From Octopus vulgaris (lineage: Eukaryota): a stretch of 64,000 bases of DNA. The stretch lies in assembly GCA_951406725.2 (NCBI GenBank), contig OX597824.1:70494001-70558000 (forward strand), written 5' to 3'. Positions 49,678-64,000 of this stretch are shown here, piece by piece. Each line of letters opens with the position of its first letter. The first letter of the stretch is position 1. The notes under the pieces are model-generated. The model searched no databases and was not told where the DNA came from. It saw only the letters and a program-made list of their open reading frames with translations. The position numbers and the translations under genes were made by a program.

Positions 49678-52517
49678 ATTATTATTATTATTATTATTAT
49701 TAAGGCAGCTATCTTGCAGAATTGTTAGCACACTGGACAAAATGGGTATTTCGCCCATCACTATGTTCTGAGTTCAAATCCTGCTGAGATTGACTTTGAC
49801 TTTCATCCTTTCAGGGTCAATAAATTAAGTACCAGTGAAACACTGTGTAGTTGAGAAGTTTTAGGTTTCAGTCCCACTGTGTTGCACCTTGTGCGAGTGT
49901 CTTGTACTATAGCCCTAGGCTGGCCAACGCTTTGTATGTGGATTTGGTAGATGGAAACTGAAAAAACCCATTGTGTATGTGTGTGTGTGAGACCTTGTTT
50001 TGAGATTGTGTGATCATTATAAATGAATGTCACTGTAATACTAGCAGTGTCGTTAATTTTTAATATTCTGCAAAATCAAGTCCAGCCATGGGAAAATATT
50101 ACTTTGCTTGGAAACAGGTGGGGGTTGCCAACAGGAATGGCATTGACCACAAAAAATCTTCCATAAACTCCATCTGACCCATGTAAGCATAGAAAATGGA
50201 TATTAAAACAATGATGATGATGATATAACTTCTGTCATGTTTTTAAGCTCCTTATCCACTCCTTATTTGAAATATTTCTGTAATGTCTAGAGTGGTCTTC
50301 TTTCTCTCCTTGAGATCAAAAGTGAGTTTCTAACACTGGTCATGTTTTCGCTATTATATTGTTACAACCCCTCTCTAAACACCAAGACATCAGAAGTATT
50401 TATAGAAAAAAGTAGCCAAATTGCCTTTCCAAGTTTTCTCTTGTTTTTCCTGTTCAGGAAAATTATATGACTCATATTTTTAACAACATGGTTTCATGTT
50501 CAATCTCACTGCATGGCACCTTAGGCATGGATTTCACTTATCCATTTATCCCATACTTGAAAGGGTGTTGAGCACTTATAACAAAATCCTTACTGTTATT
50601 TGAGAATCTTGGTACTATACAATGGACCTGGCTAAAGCATGCATATTTGTTCTATCCATGGGCATGTTGGATTGTGATGTTTTAATCTGGGTTTATGTTA
50701 AGGATGTACAATGGGAGCTGAACAAATTGAATTCTTGGAATGATGGACAGAATTGCATCATATTTAACCTGACTGTGCCAAGGACTTAGGGTTTGATACT
50801 GGACAGATGTTGGCCAAAACTAGTATATTGAGGTCCAGTTTTCAAGACACTGGTATTCTGTTAATGCCTCAGGTCAACCAAAACCTTGTGAGTGGATTTG
50901 GTAAATGGAAACTGAAAGAATCCCATTTATATATATGTACAGTTGAGTGGACACAACATACTGACCAGTCTGGGAATCAAAACCCCAATCTTACAACTGC
51001 AAGTGCAACACTCTAGGCTACACATCTTCACACTTTGAATTATAAAAAGGTCACATAAGGTGTCATGAGATTGGTGCTTCACTTGGTTTCCATGGCATAT
51101 AAGTGGCTTGAGATTACATTTCCAACCTTGTGTAGTCTGTCAGAGGACAGTCTTCCCAGCTGTGGATGGAGCTCACAACTGAATGAACTGGAGTAGTGTA
51201 AAAATGAAGTGTTTTGCTTAAAGACACAGTGTACAACCCACTCTGTGAATCAATACCACAATCTTACAATTATCAGTGCAACACCCTAACTGCTTTGTGG
51301 TCAGTGTATTCCTTAATCATTTCATAATCATCATTTAACATCCATCTTCCATCCTGGCATGGTTTGGATGGTTTGATAGGCACTAGCAAGCCAGAGGATG
51401 ACAGTAAGCTCTATTGTCTGTTTTTGCATGTTTTTTACAGCTGGATGCCCTTCCTAATACCAACCACTTTACAAAGTGAACTAGGTACTTTTCATGTGGC
51501 ACCAGCACCAGTGAGGCCTGTTTTCACATGGTTTATATGGCTAGATGCCTTTCCTAATGCCATCCACTTTATGAAGTGGACTGGGTGCTTTTCATGTGGT
51601 GATGTCTGTTTTGAAATAGTTTTCACAGCTGGTTGCCCATCCTAATGCCAACCATTTCACACTTACACCCTTAGATAAGCTGCCTGAACGTCGGAGGGTA
51701 ATCTTCGCAGCTGTTGATGGAACTCACGACTGAGTGGACTGGAGTTATATAAAAATGAATTGTTTTGCTCAAGAACTCAATGCAGAACCCAGTCCATGAA
51801 TCAAAAACCCTTAGCCTTATTAATGTGAGTGCAACACCCTAACTCCTAGGCCATGCATTTTCACACTTCTAATTATAAAAAAGGGGACTCTTAAGGCTTG
51901 AGCTTTACCCAGTTTGCAACACTCCCCATTGAACAAAGAGGATGCTGGTTTTTTGCCAAGATGTCTTTTGATCAAAAGGACTACTTGGTCATGGCAGACC
52001 TGGAATCTGACTTCCTTCCTGTTTGTTGACGTCATAGCTTTGGGTTTTTCCTTTCCTACTTCTCCACATTCCCACTCATATAAAATGCTAAGCCTTCTCT
52101 AAGTTTCATTCCTAAAAAAACATTTTCTGGATTTTAAAAAATTACTTGCTTCTGTAGAAATGCATTATTTACAGTTAATTAGTTACTACTGAACTTACTG
52201 CTTAATTGACAATACAACATAATTACTGCTTAATTAACATGCCTTAACTTAAACATTATTCCTACTTTGTCAAATTTGCTATATTACTTAAATTCTTATA
52301 GTGCATCATCACTTAATGTCCACTTTCCCATGCTTGCATGGGTCAGAGTTTATTGTGGCAGATTTTGTATAGCCAGATGCCCTTCTTGTCACTAACACTT
52401 ACTAGCACTTCATTGATTATGATGAAGAAGGTTCCAGTTGATCTGACCAACGGAACAGCCTTCTTGTGAAATTAATGGGCAAGTAGCTGAGCACTCCACA
52501 GACACATGTGCCTTTAA

Positions 52518-53568
52518 CCCTTTCGTTACCAAACCGCCCAAAGCCGCCCGAAAAAAATTTTGGTTAATGTGACCAAACCCGCCTGTATTTACCTATTCAT
52601 AATTAAATGAGAATATCAGAGCAAATCTCTTTAGTACATTTGTGAAAACACGTATTATACTTCGTAAACAGTTCAACTACAGTTTTGTACAACAATCGAA
52701 GTGTAATTTTAATTCCGTGAATTTTGGGAGATTTTTTTCCAAAATTTGTAATTCTGACAAAAAAATGGATACGAATTTCATTATATCAAGCAGCGAGTCA
52801 CAATTTGAAGGATTTTCTACTGAAGACCTTCATAAATCTAACTCTATGACTGAAAAAAAAAAGCATGTGGTATTCGATAATGAATCTGCTGTTTCATTTT
52901 CCGAAAGTGAAAACAGTGAATCCGAGAGCTCCGACAGCGATAAAGAAAATGAATTGGCACCTGAATGGAGTGAAAATTTTAAAACTGTTTCTTTCGGTGA
53001 TTTTTCTGAAGAAACTGGACCAAGCCACAGACTTTCCCAGAAGAGTAAAGCCTTAGACTATTTCTTTTTACTTTTTCGAATGAGCCTATTTGAAATCATT
53101 ACGGCGGAAACGAACCGTTACGCTAAATGTAAACAAAGCGAAAGAAAGGATAGTTAGTGGTTTCCCATAACCTTAAATGAAATTAAGACTATTTTGCCAT
53201 AAATATTATTATGGGTATTAGAAAGTTACCCAGAATAACAAATTCTATCGTAAAATTTTGTTGTATGCCCAATTGAATATTAGCTAATAACCCATTTTCT
53301 ATAGCGATGTTTGAACAAAATGTTAATTTTATATATTGTTGAATTTACCTGTATCTACCTGCAATTAGAGTCACTTTGTGACAAAAATTATAGTATAGAA
53401 TTGGTTGAGAACATTTCATTAAATTATCTTCCAAAATTCACGTTAATATATTGATAAATAAAAAAGTTATAGTTGTTTAATGAAACCAGACTAAATTTAT
53501 GATTATGTTAGAAATTAATTGAAACACATAAGGGGTGTATTTTGGTCAGAAATATAGTGACGAAAGGG
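52518..53568 (+). mobile_element. internally deleted piggyBac transposon inserted in a SINE
   Basis: TTAA|CCCTTTCGTTAC ... GTGACGAAAGGG|TTAA; ORF 52642-53157 has an acidic N-terminus and LDYFFLLF...IITAETNRYA, then WFPITLNEIK and IIMGIRKLP; DDD core missing. Confidence 0.92.
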
Positions 53569-55839
53569 TTAATGTAAGTTCCTCAGAGTGATTCAGCATG
53601 GCACAGAATGTGACAAGTCTGGCCCTTTGAAATGCAGACACTGCTCATTTTTGCCAGCTGAGTCAACTGGAGCAATGCAAAATAAAGGGTCTTGCTCAAG
53701 AATACAATGTACCACCAGGAATTGAACCCACGACCTTACGATCCTTAGTCAAATGGTTTTAACCACTAAGCCATACACCTTCAGTAACACTTAGCTGCCT
53801 CCAAGGTAATATTTCTCCTCGGCCAGGCATTCTTGAAGAATATTGGAAATGAATGACACTGCATGTATGACAGTGACAATCATTTACAACTATCACACCA
53901 TGCCAAGAAAAAGACACACATACACATGCATGCAAGCATACACACACACACATGCACATTATACAATGAGCTTCTTTCAGTTTCCATCTACCAAATCCAC
54001 TCCCAAGGCTTTGGTTGGCCTGCTGCTTCAGTAGAAGACTCTTGCTCATGGTGCCATGCAGTGGGACTGAACTTGGAACTCTGTGGCTGGGAAGCAGACA
54101 TGCTTCATTTTGCAAAATGGGTTTACATTTGACCATTTTCGGTTCAATACTATTGAATAAAACCTCAAAATGCTGGTTGTAGACTTTACGTCTTTTGCTT
54201 GCTCCAGTCATTGGACTGCAGCCATAACATGCAAGGGCACCACCTTGAAAGGTTTAGCTACACAAATTGACCCTAGTACTTATTTTTAAGTCAAGTACAT
54301 ATTCCAGTAGTCTCTTTTGCTAAGTTATAAAGCAGTCTCAAATGGTATGTGGGGGTACAAACAATGACTTACACATGCATCATCATCATCATCATCAATA
54401 TTTAATGGTCGTTTTCCATGCTGACCTGACAGTTTGACAGGAATTGGACAGTTTGACAGGAATAGGCAAGTCAGAAGACTACGCTAGTCTCTGCTGTCTG
54501 TTTTGGCATGGTTTCTGTGGTTGGATGTCCTTCCTAATGCCAAGCATTCTACAGAGTGTGCAGAACGCTTTTTACATGACATGGACAGCAGTGAGGTCAC
54601 CAAGTGACTTGCGGGGCAAGACCCCTCAAATGGGGTTGGAGAGTTGTATTGACGGACATAAAAGGTGTCTTGCATTAGAAGGGAGACATGGCTTTCTTAG
54701 ATGAGATGTAAGAGAGGAGAGAAGGATGTTGGGGATGTGACATATGGGGCAAGGGTCATACACCCAAGTTACATGGTGCTGTATATAGTGGAGTGGACAG
54801 AGGATTGAAGAAGATGGGTAGGTGGATGAGTTCACAAGATTTCGTGAGAAGAGTGGGAACTAGAGGTGTTGGGAAAGGGATTTAGCAGGGGCATATTGTG
54901 TGCAGGTAGGAAGATTACACAGACACATACACACACGACAGGTTTCCACAATATCTCTCTACCAAATTCATCAGGCATCGGATAGCCCAAGACTATAGTA
55001 TCAGTATTTGCCCAAGGTGTCACACAGTGGGCTTGAACTAAAAGCATCATGATTGCAAAGCAAGCCTCGTAACTACAGCCATTCCATGTTGGGAAATTTT
55101 TTGTTGGCTGGAGTGCTCTCTGGTCAGGTGATTTAGCACATTGGCATCTGGCTGAAATTTGAACTCAAAACACAAAGACCTAAGATCAGTGCTAAACCAA
55201 CTACCCTTGATTGGCACTTTTATTTATTACTCCAAAAGGATTAAAGAAAAAAATAAAAAGGATAAGTTGACTTTGTCAGGATTTGAACTTGGAATGCAGA
55301 TAGGTGCTTGAACACATCTGTTGAACCCTCTTGCAACTCTACCAAATCACTACTGGGATAGAATTAGTCATAGGGAATATTAGTCACAGAAGGAAAGGCA
55401 GTGCCTATGACTTTTTTGAAGGATCTCTTAGACTGGTTCAGGGGAAAGGAGATGATGAACCAGATGGTAGACCTGGTCTGAATGTTTGCTGTAGAGTTTG
55501 ACACTCAACAGCAAACAAGGAACCAGATGGTGGCTGTTAAATCTTTTGATGGATTAGATATAACCACCAAGGAATACTAAATACACAAATTTTAATTCAT
55601 GGGAATCATCAATTTATTAATCAAGCATCCTGTTGCAAGAATTTAGAGTAGGTCCAAATTGTGGGATTTTTTTTTTTCATGTTTTTTTTTCTCCAACTGT
55701 AAAATGTTTGCTTCCCAACCACAAGGTTTTTATTTCAGTCCCACTGCACAGCATCTTGGGCAAGTGTCTTCTACTAAAGCCTGTGTGAATTTGATTGAAG
55801 AAAACTGAAATAAGCCTGTTATATGCATATATGGTAGTG

Positions 55840-56137
55840 GAGGCACATGGCCTAGTGGTTAGAGCAGCAGACTCGTGGTCAAGGGATTGTGGGTTCGAAT
55901 CTCAGACTGGGCAACGTGTGTGTTTATGAGCAAAACACCTAAGCTCCACACGGCTCCAGCAAAATAATGTCAGAACTTCTGCTGAGTCTTTCACCACAAT
56001 TTTCTCTCACTCTTTCCCCCTGCATCTTGCAGCTCACCTGCAACGGACTGGAGTCCTGTCCAGGTGGGGAACTTATACGCCAAGGAAACTGGGAAACCGG
56101 CCCTTATAAACCAGGTGTGGCTCGAGAAGGAACAAAC
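55840..56137 (+). mobile_element. SINE family C
   Basis: GGAGGCACATGGCCTAGTGGTTAGAGCAGCAG...GGTTCGAATCTC; homologous to 4637-4960. Confidence 0.85.
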
Positions 56138-56697
56138 AATGCATATATGGTTCGTAGGTGCCTGTGCTGGTGTCATGTTAAAAGCACTTGATACACTCTG
56201 TAAAGTGGTTGGCATTAGGAAGGTTATCCAGCTGTAAAAATCCTGCCGAAGCAGACAAAATGGAACCCGGGCAGCACTGCTTCCTGACCAGCTTCTGTCA
56301 AACCATCCAACCCATGCCAGCAGGAGAACAGATGTTAAATGATAAGGATTTTGTTGATGTGTGTGTTAATTTCTCCTTGCTTTGATGTAATCTGATAGTT
56401 GTAAACAAGTGTCATATTCATGCATGTGACGTCCTTCATTTTCAATATCCTGTCAGAATGTGTTATGGGGAAGTATTACCTTGCTTGGAAATCAGTAAAA
56501 GCTGGTAGCAGGAAGGGTATGTAGCCATAAGAAATCCCCTTCAATGAATTTCATGGAAAAGTGGATGTTACATCTTTGGATCTTTGGGTTCTTGGTAAAA
56601 GGTCATCAAAGCTACTTTTTTTTTTACCTCTTATTAACCCTTTTATTACCATATTTCTGTTGAAATACCTTACCTTAGTTTCAATTAATTTTAAATA

Positions 56698-57069
56698 TCT
56701 CATATAAAATCCATTCTGTTTGTCTGTCTGTGTGTGTGGCTTCTAGGATCTTGGGTATCCTCCATCCGATTGCGCTCAAATTTGATATGTAGATACCGAC
56801 GGTATCAGGGCGTATATAAGCCTTGAAAAAATTACAAAAATCAATTCCTGGTGAGAATGTGATCGATAAAGCCGTGGGAAATTGTTTTTCTTTGGAATAG
56901 AAAAAAAGTCTACCATTATTTCTTCTTTTGTTGGTGTCTCAAATTTAGATTAAATCAGTGTTTTTCAAAGGGGAGGCCTATGGGACGGTCGGACGAGTTG
57001 TTTTGAGAAAATTTGATTTAAATGTTTGACAACTCAGCACTGTCCATTGGACAGGGACATTTTGCTTGT
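56698..57069 (+). mobile_element. Helitron-like insert inside a piggyBac-derived MITE (about 56638-57226)
   Basis: A|TCTCATATAAAA start, CTGTTTGTCTGTCTG, subterminal hairpin CTGTCC-ATT-GGACAG, CTTG|T end. Confidence 0.6.
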
Positions 57070-58269
57070 AATTAATAATTTAGTAAAATAACTTTGTTGT
57101 TACTTAGCTTGTGTTTGGCACATAACATGAAATTTTGATGAAAGGTTTTAATTAAGATAATTTTAAATCAGGGACTGTGAAGCTTAGAACCAGATGCAGT
57201 GTCAGGCAGGATTGTATCAAAAGGGTTCAGCTATAACTAAAACTGCTAAGATTTTAATATAATTTTTATTAGACATTCACGTGATCACATGACCGATCTG
57301 ACTATTGCCGGTCACAATGTGCTTTGCACTGTTTTAGCCTTCGAATAATACCACCCTGCTGGCTAGGCAAGCAGGCTAACATTCCCCACTGATCAAAAGG
57401 GGAACTGGAGCAACATGCAATGAAGAGTTTTACTGAAGAACACAACATGTCACCCGGTCTGGGAATTGAACCTACGATCTAGTGACCATGAGTACAATAG
57501 CCTAACCATTAGGCCACACACCTTCACTATATAATGACAAATTTGATATAGAAGAGAGCACCTGGTTCACTGACAGACTAGAATCACATGCTTATTGCTT
57601 GGTGGCCTGTTATATACTCTCTGCAGCACACTCCATCGCCACGATCTTTATCTCCCTCCCAGTTATTCTCACCCACCATCGCATAATGCAGAGAAGCCAT
57701 GTATCTTCTCTATAGCAAGACACCAGTACTTGCCTACTTATCATACTTTAGCCTGCAATACCTTGCATAAAACCACCCCACTTCACCCTAAAATACATTC
57801 CCACTCAGTTCAGAGGTCTCCTTCATTTTTCTCTTTTTTGCTCTGTCTTACAAGTCACCTGGCCGTCTCCTTAGTGCCCGTGTCACAGAAAAAAAAGCAT
57901 CCAGTACACACTGTAAAGTGGTTGGTGTTAAGAAGGGCATCCAGCCGTAAAAAATCATACCAAAGCTGCCATTGGGGTCTAATGCAGGTCTCTGGCTTAT
58001 TCGACTCTGCCAAAATCATCCAACTTATGCTAGCATGGAAAACAAATGTTGAATGATGATGGTTTTTTTGCTATTTTAATCTAATTACTTTTTTTTAAGA
58101 AGCATACCCATGTGAATAAGAAGTTTGTTCTCTAACCACATGGTTACCTAACCACCTGATTTAAAGTTAGACAACAGCAACTCATGGTTCATCAGCTGGT
58201 ACTCTAAGACTATCCGACACAGCCACCTTTTCTGTATCTGTTTCATAGAACAGTTTTATACCGGTAAAG

Positions 58270-58610
58270 GGTAAAGACTCCCTTTTGGTCATGAATGACC
58301 ATAGGGTTGCACCTAGAAAGTTTCCTTTTGAGGCATAAGTCCAGGAAAGGTTGTTTATGTAAGACCAGCAGTGGCCCATGCATACCAGCTTTCCGTCTCC
58401 ACACCACCGATGTTATCCAAGGGAAAGGCAAAGGCCAATGCAGCTTGACATCAGTGATGTCGCAACTCATTTCTACAGCTAAGTGAACTGGAGCAACATG
58501 AAATAAAGTGTCTTGCTCAAGAACACAACACAGCCCTTTTCAGGAATCGAACTTACTGCCTCGTGATTGTGAACCCGATGCTCTAACCACTGAGCGGTAT
58601 GCCTGTCACA
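58270..58610 (-). mobile_element. tRNA-derived SINE, same family as 8614-8957
   Basis: Shared GTAAAGAC.CC.TT.GGTCATGAAT.ACCAT tail and tRNA head. Confidence 0.85.
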
Positions 58611-60684
58611 CTGGGAACAATGATTATTAATGAATTCAGGCCTTGTCATCTTCAATTTTCTGCTCACTTTTCCTTCCTGGTATGGGTTGTTACTGTCTGA
58701 GCTATCTCTTATATGGAGTTACTGTGTCCTAGATGTGTTGCAGATCATGTCTCACATGTACATTACATATCTAATAAGGTTTTTAACCTGGATGCCCTTC
58801 TTTATGTGGACCACTTCGTAGAGTGCACAGGATGCATTTTATCATGGCACCAGTATTTAGATATGTTATATTGTTTGTGACAAGATTAAAGAGTCCTTGC
58901 TTCCTTACATTGTCTTTATTTTTTCACTGGTATTAGAGTGATGATCTTATCCACCAGAAAATCCACCTCTTTCCTATATACTTACTGTTGGATTGGAAGA
59001 TAGTCAGGGTGAGAAGGTGGGAGAAGAGAGACAAATAGAAAGGACCATTTACATCTTATCAAATGCAATAATAAAGGAGAAAGGACGATCACACCATATA
59101 TTGTGATTTGTCGTCATCGTCGTTTTAAGGTGGATTTTTCCATCCTTGCATCGGTCACAGAAAATACATCAAGACAGATTTTCTAAGGCTGGATGCTCTT
59201 CCTCTGTCATCCCACACGTGTTTCCAACCAAGGTAATATTTCCTTATGGGTGAACATGTTTTCATGGCTGATTGGAAACAAATGCACACATGCATATATA
59301 CATATGTATACATATACCTATATCTCTTTCTCTATCTCTGCCTTTATTGCTCTCTCTCTCCCTCTCTCCTCCCCTCTCTCTCTCTCCACTTTGACTGGCT
59401 TTTCTAGTTTCTGCTTAATAAATTCACTCACAGGGCTTTGGCTGGTATACTTGCCTAAAAAACCATGTTGTTGGGAAGCAAGCTTCTTAACCAGCACCTA
59501 CGACAATTCTATCTAGTTTAAAAAAAAAATATTGGGAGGGTTAAGGCTGGACCATCTTTGATCATATAGCTGCTGGATAAGGGCCGTGGAAGGATCAAAC
59601 AACAACTACTTAAAGCTATATGGAACTAGCTATTGAAACTGAAGTGTGTTGCTCATGTTTATTTGCACAGCATCCTTGGCAAAAGCTGGCATTAAGCCAG
59701 CTACTCTTGTCAATTGTTTTTACTTAATCCAGGTCATCCTAAGTCAGAAAGATCTACAATCAAGTGGCAATCCAAATGTGACCCTACTATTTTTTTAATT
59801 TTAGTTTTTTTCTTAGAATTACCTTCCTTTAGTGTTATCTAAGACTACTTTGGGTCCTTTCTATCATCACCAAGAGAAAATTGTAGAGTCGGGTGTGCGG
59901 TTGCTATTTCTAGCAGATTGAGTTGTGGTTCTCCACTACCCTGTCAACGCAGCCATCTGCCTGGTGTCTTTTGTGAAATTAAGAAACCAAAGAGGGTTAC
60001 ATTAAGGACAAGTAAATAACCCCCCCACCACCACCATGTGGACATATATTACAACCAATTATTTGATAGCATTAATGATTTTTGTTTCTCTTTCAAAATG
60101 TTCTAAACCATCTCCATCATCACCACTGTCATGATCATCACCATTAATATGATCACCATCACTGCCATTATCATCATTATTATGATCATTATCATCATCA
60201 TCATCGTCACCTTCATTTGATACTACTTTGATATTAGTTCTTTGTAGCCTTTGTTCTGTATGCTTGCATGTGTGTTTTTTGGGAACAATCTGCCTCCCCC
60301 CTCACTTTTGTTTTATCTTGTCCTCCTCCTGTCACTTTCCATGCCACTCCACCCAGTCCTCCACACACCCCCTGAGACCAAAAACTGACTCATTATTTAT
60401 TACTCGTTAGCTAGGTCCACATATGGCAAGTACTTATCACATGAATTTTGTTCCTTGTGTAAAGAATCCCAACTGATGAACTGGATGTGGCTGGCTTCCT
60501 TGATTACGACAATTGTGCTCCAGATAGCTGCTTCAATTCATTCTTCAGGGGGCGAGAAGTGGTGGTGGTAACACACATATATATACATTGGCGTTGGAGG
60601 GAGAGTAAGAGAAAATTATTAATTCTAAACTCTAATGACCTTGTTATTCTTCCAGTAATTATTCATAGATGTTGACATTGAGAT

Positions 60685-61265
60685 GCAGGCATGGCTGTGT
60701 GGTTAAGAAGTTTGCTTGCCAACTACATCATTTCAAGTTCAGTCCTATTTTGTGGCACCTTAGGCACCTCTGCTAAGGTGTCACAGTGTATTCTGCTGTA
60801 GCCCTGGGCCCACCAAAGGATTGTTAGTGATTTTGGCAGGTGGAGATTGAAAGAAGCCAGGTGTGTGTGTGTGTTTGTCTGTAAGAATAAGTGTAGGGGT
60901 GTGGTGAGAAGGTTGCTTTCCATCCACATGGTTCTGGGTTCAGTTCCACTACATGGCACCTTTGGCAAGTGTCTTCTATTATTGCTTCAGGCTGACCAAA
61001 GCTTTGTGAGTGGATTTGGTAGACAGGTATTGAAAGAAGCCCATTGTGTACGTGTGTGTGTGTGTGTATGTTCCACCACCGCTGGGTAACTGGTGTTGGT
61101 TTGTTTATGTCCCCATAACTTAGCAGTTCAACAAATGTGATCACTAGTATAAGTCTGTCTTAAGATAAGTTCTAGGGTCAATCATTCAACTAAAGATTCT
61201 TCAAGGTAGTGCCCCTACATGGCTGCAGTCTAATAACTAAAACGAGTAAAAGATATAAAAGAAAG
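60685..61265 (+). mobile_element. two adjacent old SINE family A segments (5' half plus near-full copy)
   Basis: Heads at about 60685 and 60895; strongly CpG-depleted. Confidence 0.75.
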
Positions 61266-63291
61266 AGAAAATATGTGTTATTGTATCCGTGTGTTAATGT
61301 TTGTATCTCCTTGTTGACTCGATGTCACATGATAGCTGTAAATGAAGGAGTAACCGTCATTTCCAGTATGCTGCAAAAACATGTCTGGCTGTGTGGAAAT
61401 ATTACCTTGCTTGGAAATAGATGAGGGTAGACGACAGGAAGAGCATCCAGTCTTACAAAATTTATCTCTAGAACATATATTTTTTTTTTACCTATGGAAA
61501 CATGGAAATGTGGATGTTAAAATGGTGCTGTTGTTGTTCCTGCTTTTCTGTTTGACCTCTTTCTTTTTTTCCCTCCTTTGTTGTTGTAAACCTGTGCACC
61601 TCGTTATTTCTTTACACTCACCTGAAAGCACATTGGTCATCTGCTCCTTCATTTTCACACTTGCTCTCTCTCCTCTCCCCTCTCTCTTCCCCTCTCTCTT
61701 TCTGATGACATAGCAATGGCATGTCCCGAGATAAAGCTGGTGCCTCTACTTAATTGCAGTTTGACTTGCAAAGAAAGAGTAGCTAAATTGCCCTAAAATC
61801 ACACTTTACTATTGGATGATGTAGTCCTACAAACATTGTGAATGAAGCACAGGTGTGGTTGTATGGTAAGAAGCACACTTCTCAACCACATGATTCCGGG
61901 TTCAGTCCCACTGTGTGGCACTTTTAGCAAGTGTCTTCTACTGTAGCCTTGGGCTGACCAAAGCCTTTTGAATAGATTTAGTAGAATGAAACTGAAAGAA
62001 GCCTGTCATGTATATGTGTGTGTGTGTGTATCTATGTGTATGTGCTTTGTGTTCACCCCTCCCCCCACTGCTTGACAATAGAATAAGTGCTAGACTTGAA
62101 AAATATAAGTACTGGGGTCAATTTGCTCAGCTGAAACTCTTCAAGTTGGCACCCCAGCATGGCCACAGTCAAATGACTGAAACGTATAAAAGATTAAAAA
62201 AATAAGGTATCTTTGTTCATGTGTCTGGTTGATGAAGGCTGTCTTGGGGTTAAACATGATCTACAACCTGATCACATCCAAACAGTAATGGAGCTTCTAT
62301 GCAATTGGTGGACCTACTAAAAATAATAGCCAAGTCCCTTTCTAATCACATGCTAATTTAACATCTTAAAAATAAGGGGAGAACACTTGGATAATGTAAC
62401 ACTCTTGTAGCCTCCAAAAAATATCAAACATGGGATGGATAGTGATAGAACAGAATGGATTTTGATAATAGGTGTAATGGGTCAGTGGTGAGCTGAACCT
62501 AAGCAAGTATATGTAAAACTGAGCTAATGAGAAAGCTTCTATGCTGTGTTCAACCAGTTAGGAATAGCAGCTATAGCCCCCTTAGCCATTTTGAGATCAC
62601 CCTGCCAGGGACTGTCTCTGGTTTTATGACACAAACTTGAGGTTTTAAAGTGGTCTAAGTTAAAATTTTCCGTCAGAATTTCGTGTTAATTTATATTCCA
62701 AACATCTACTTAATAATGGTTTCAAATTTTGGCACAAGGTCAGCAACTTTAAGGGAGGCAATTAAGTCTATTACATTGACCCAGTGCTCAACTAGTACTT
62801 ATTTTATAAAACCTAAAAGAATGAAAGGCAGAGTCGACCTTAGTGGAATTTGAACTCAGAATGTAAAGACATGTGAAATGCAACTAAACGTTTTGTACAA
62901 CTTGCTAATGATTCTGCCAGTTTGCCACCTTACATCTGCTTAATAATGACAGTTATTTTACTAAATTCTTCAGTATTTTCTAAATTATTTGAAACAAACC
63001 CAATTCATTTTGACAGAAATCTGGTAATGAAAGAATTAAATCATGTGAATAGGCATCTGGCTTAATGGTTAGGGCTGATAGACTCCTGATCATTAGCTCG
63101 TGTGTGTGATTCCCGGGTGAAATCGTATATTATATCCTTGAGCGAGACATTTTGGTTGAAATGAGTACTATTTGATAGGTAGTACAACCCTGTCTTTTCC
63201 CATCACCCTAGCTGCTACATCCTCAGTGTTATGCTGAGTCAAATGTGTGAGGGCTAAGAGAGTGTCTACGTTAGCTTGTGGCTACAAGCTA

Positions 63292-63649
63292 ATGGGTGCT
63301 GAAAAGTTCCTGGCTTTAAGGGTATCGTGAAAGGCCTGGCTGGAGGCCCAACCTTCTGTGTTCTTTTACAGGACTTAGAAAATCTGAATGACTGCTTCAG
63401 TTAGTGTGTGAATCTGAGAAAGGAATATACTCTCTTTACTCTTTTACTTGTTTCAGTTATCTGACTATGGCCATGCTGGAGCACTGCCTTTAGTTGAGCA
63501 AATCGACCCCGGGACTTATTCTTTGTAAGCCTAGTACTTATTCTATCAGTCTCTTTTGCCAAACCACTAAGTTACGGGGACGCAAACACCAGCATCGGTT
63601 GTCAAGCGATGTTGGGGGGACAAACACAGACACACAAACATATACATAC

Positions 63650-63710
<61 letters not shown>

Positions 63711-63960
63711 CACAATGGACTTCTTTCAGTTTCCGTCTACCAAATCCACTCACGAGGCTTTGGTTTGCCTGAGGCTATAGCAGAAAACACTTGCCCAAGG
63801 AGCCACACAGTGAGAATGAACCCAGAACCATGTGGTTAGTTAGCAAGCTACTTACTACACAGCCACTCCTGCGCCTATGTTGAATAAAATCATAATTAAC
63901 TGATCCTCCTGTATTTTTTTTTTTTTAACCCAAAGCCAGGAACTTTTCAGAACCCCATCA
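63292..63960. mobile_element. mariner-type MITE interrupted by SINE A (63430-63877, minus)
   Basis: GGGTGCTGAAAAGTTCCTGGCTTT ... AAAGCCAGGAACTTTTCAGAACCCC; interior continues across the SINE. Confidence 0.88.
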
Positions 63961-64000
63961 TATGCAGCTAAAGCATGGTACATACCCTCTAAAAATACTC

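Noticed and set aside
57595-58056. 153-aa ORF
   Set aside because: Non-ATG start; composed of decayed retroposon sequence with the TTAAGAAGGGCATCCAGC core.

Overview
AT-rich, repeat-dense eukaryotic genomic DNA. The SINE families and (TA)n/(TG)n load point to a coleoid cephalopod, probably Octopus (inference from recalled repeat families, not a database search). No intact protein-coding gene is visible, and nearly all listed ORFs are microsatellite or SINE artefacts. The window holds many tRNA-derived SINEs of at least three families, degenerate L1/Tx1 and RLE-type LINE pieces, a Gypsy integrase fragment, mariner/Tc1, hAT and piggyBac elements with MITEs, Helitron-like inserts and a split Penelope-like retroelement. 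The most notable signal is a set of minimal type-I hammerhead-ribozyme motifs of the kind found in Penelope-like elements. One sits in a short element made of a Pol III tRNA-like head, an (AAT)n linker and a hammerhead; it occurs three times, twice as a head-to-head palindrome. Several pseudo-LTR-like fragments end in fold-back hairpins. A CpG-retaining, repeat-poor block at about 38.4-45.3 kb lies between two CpG-depleted domains and may be a divergent promoter region, with a candidate ATG-ending exon on the minus strand.
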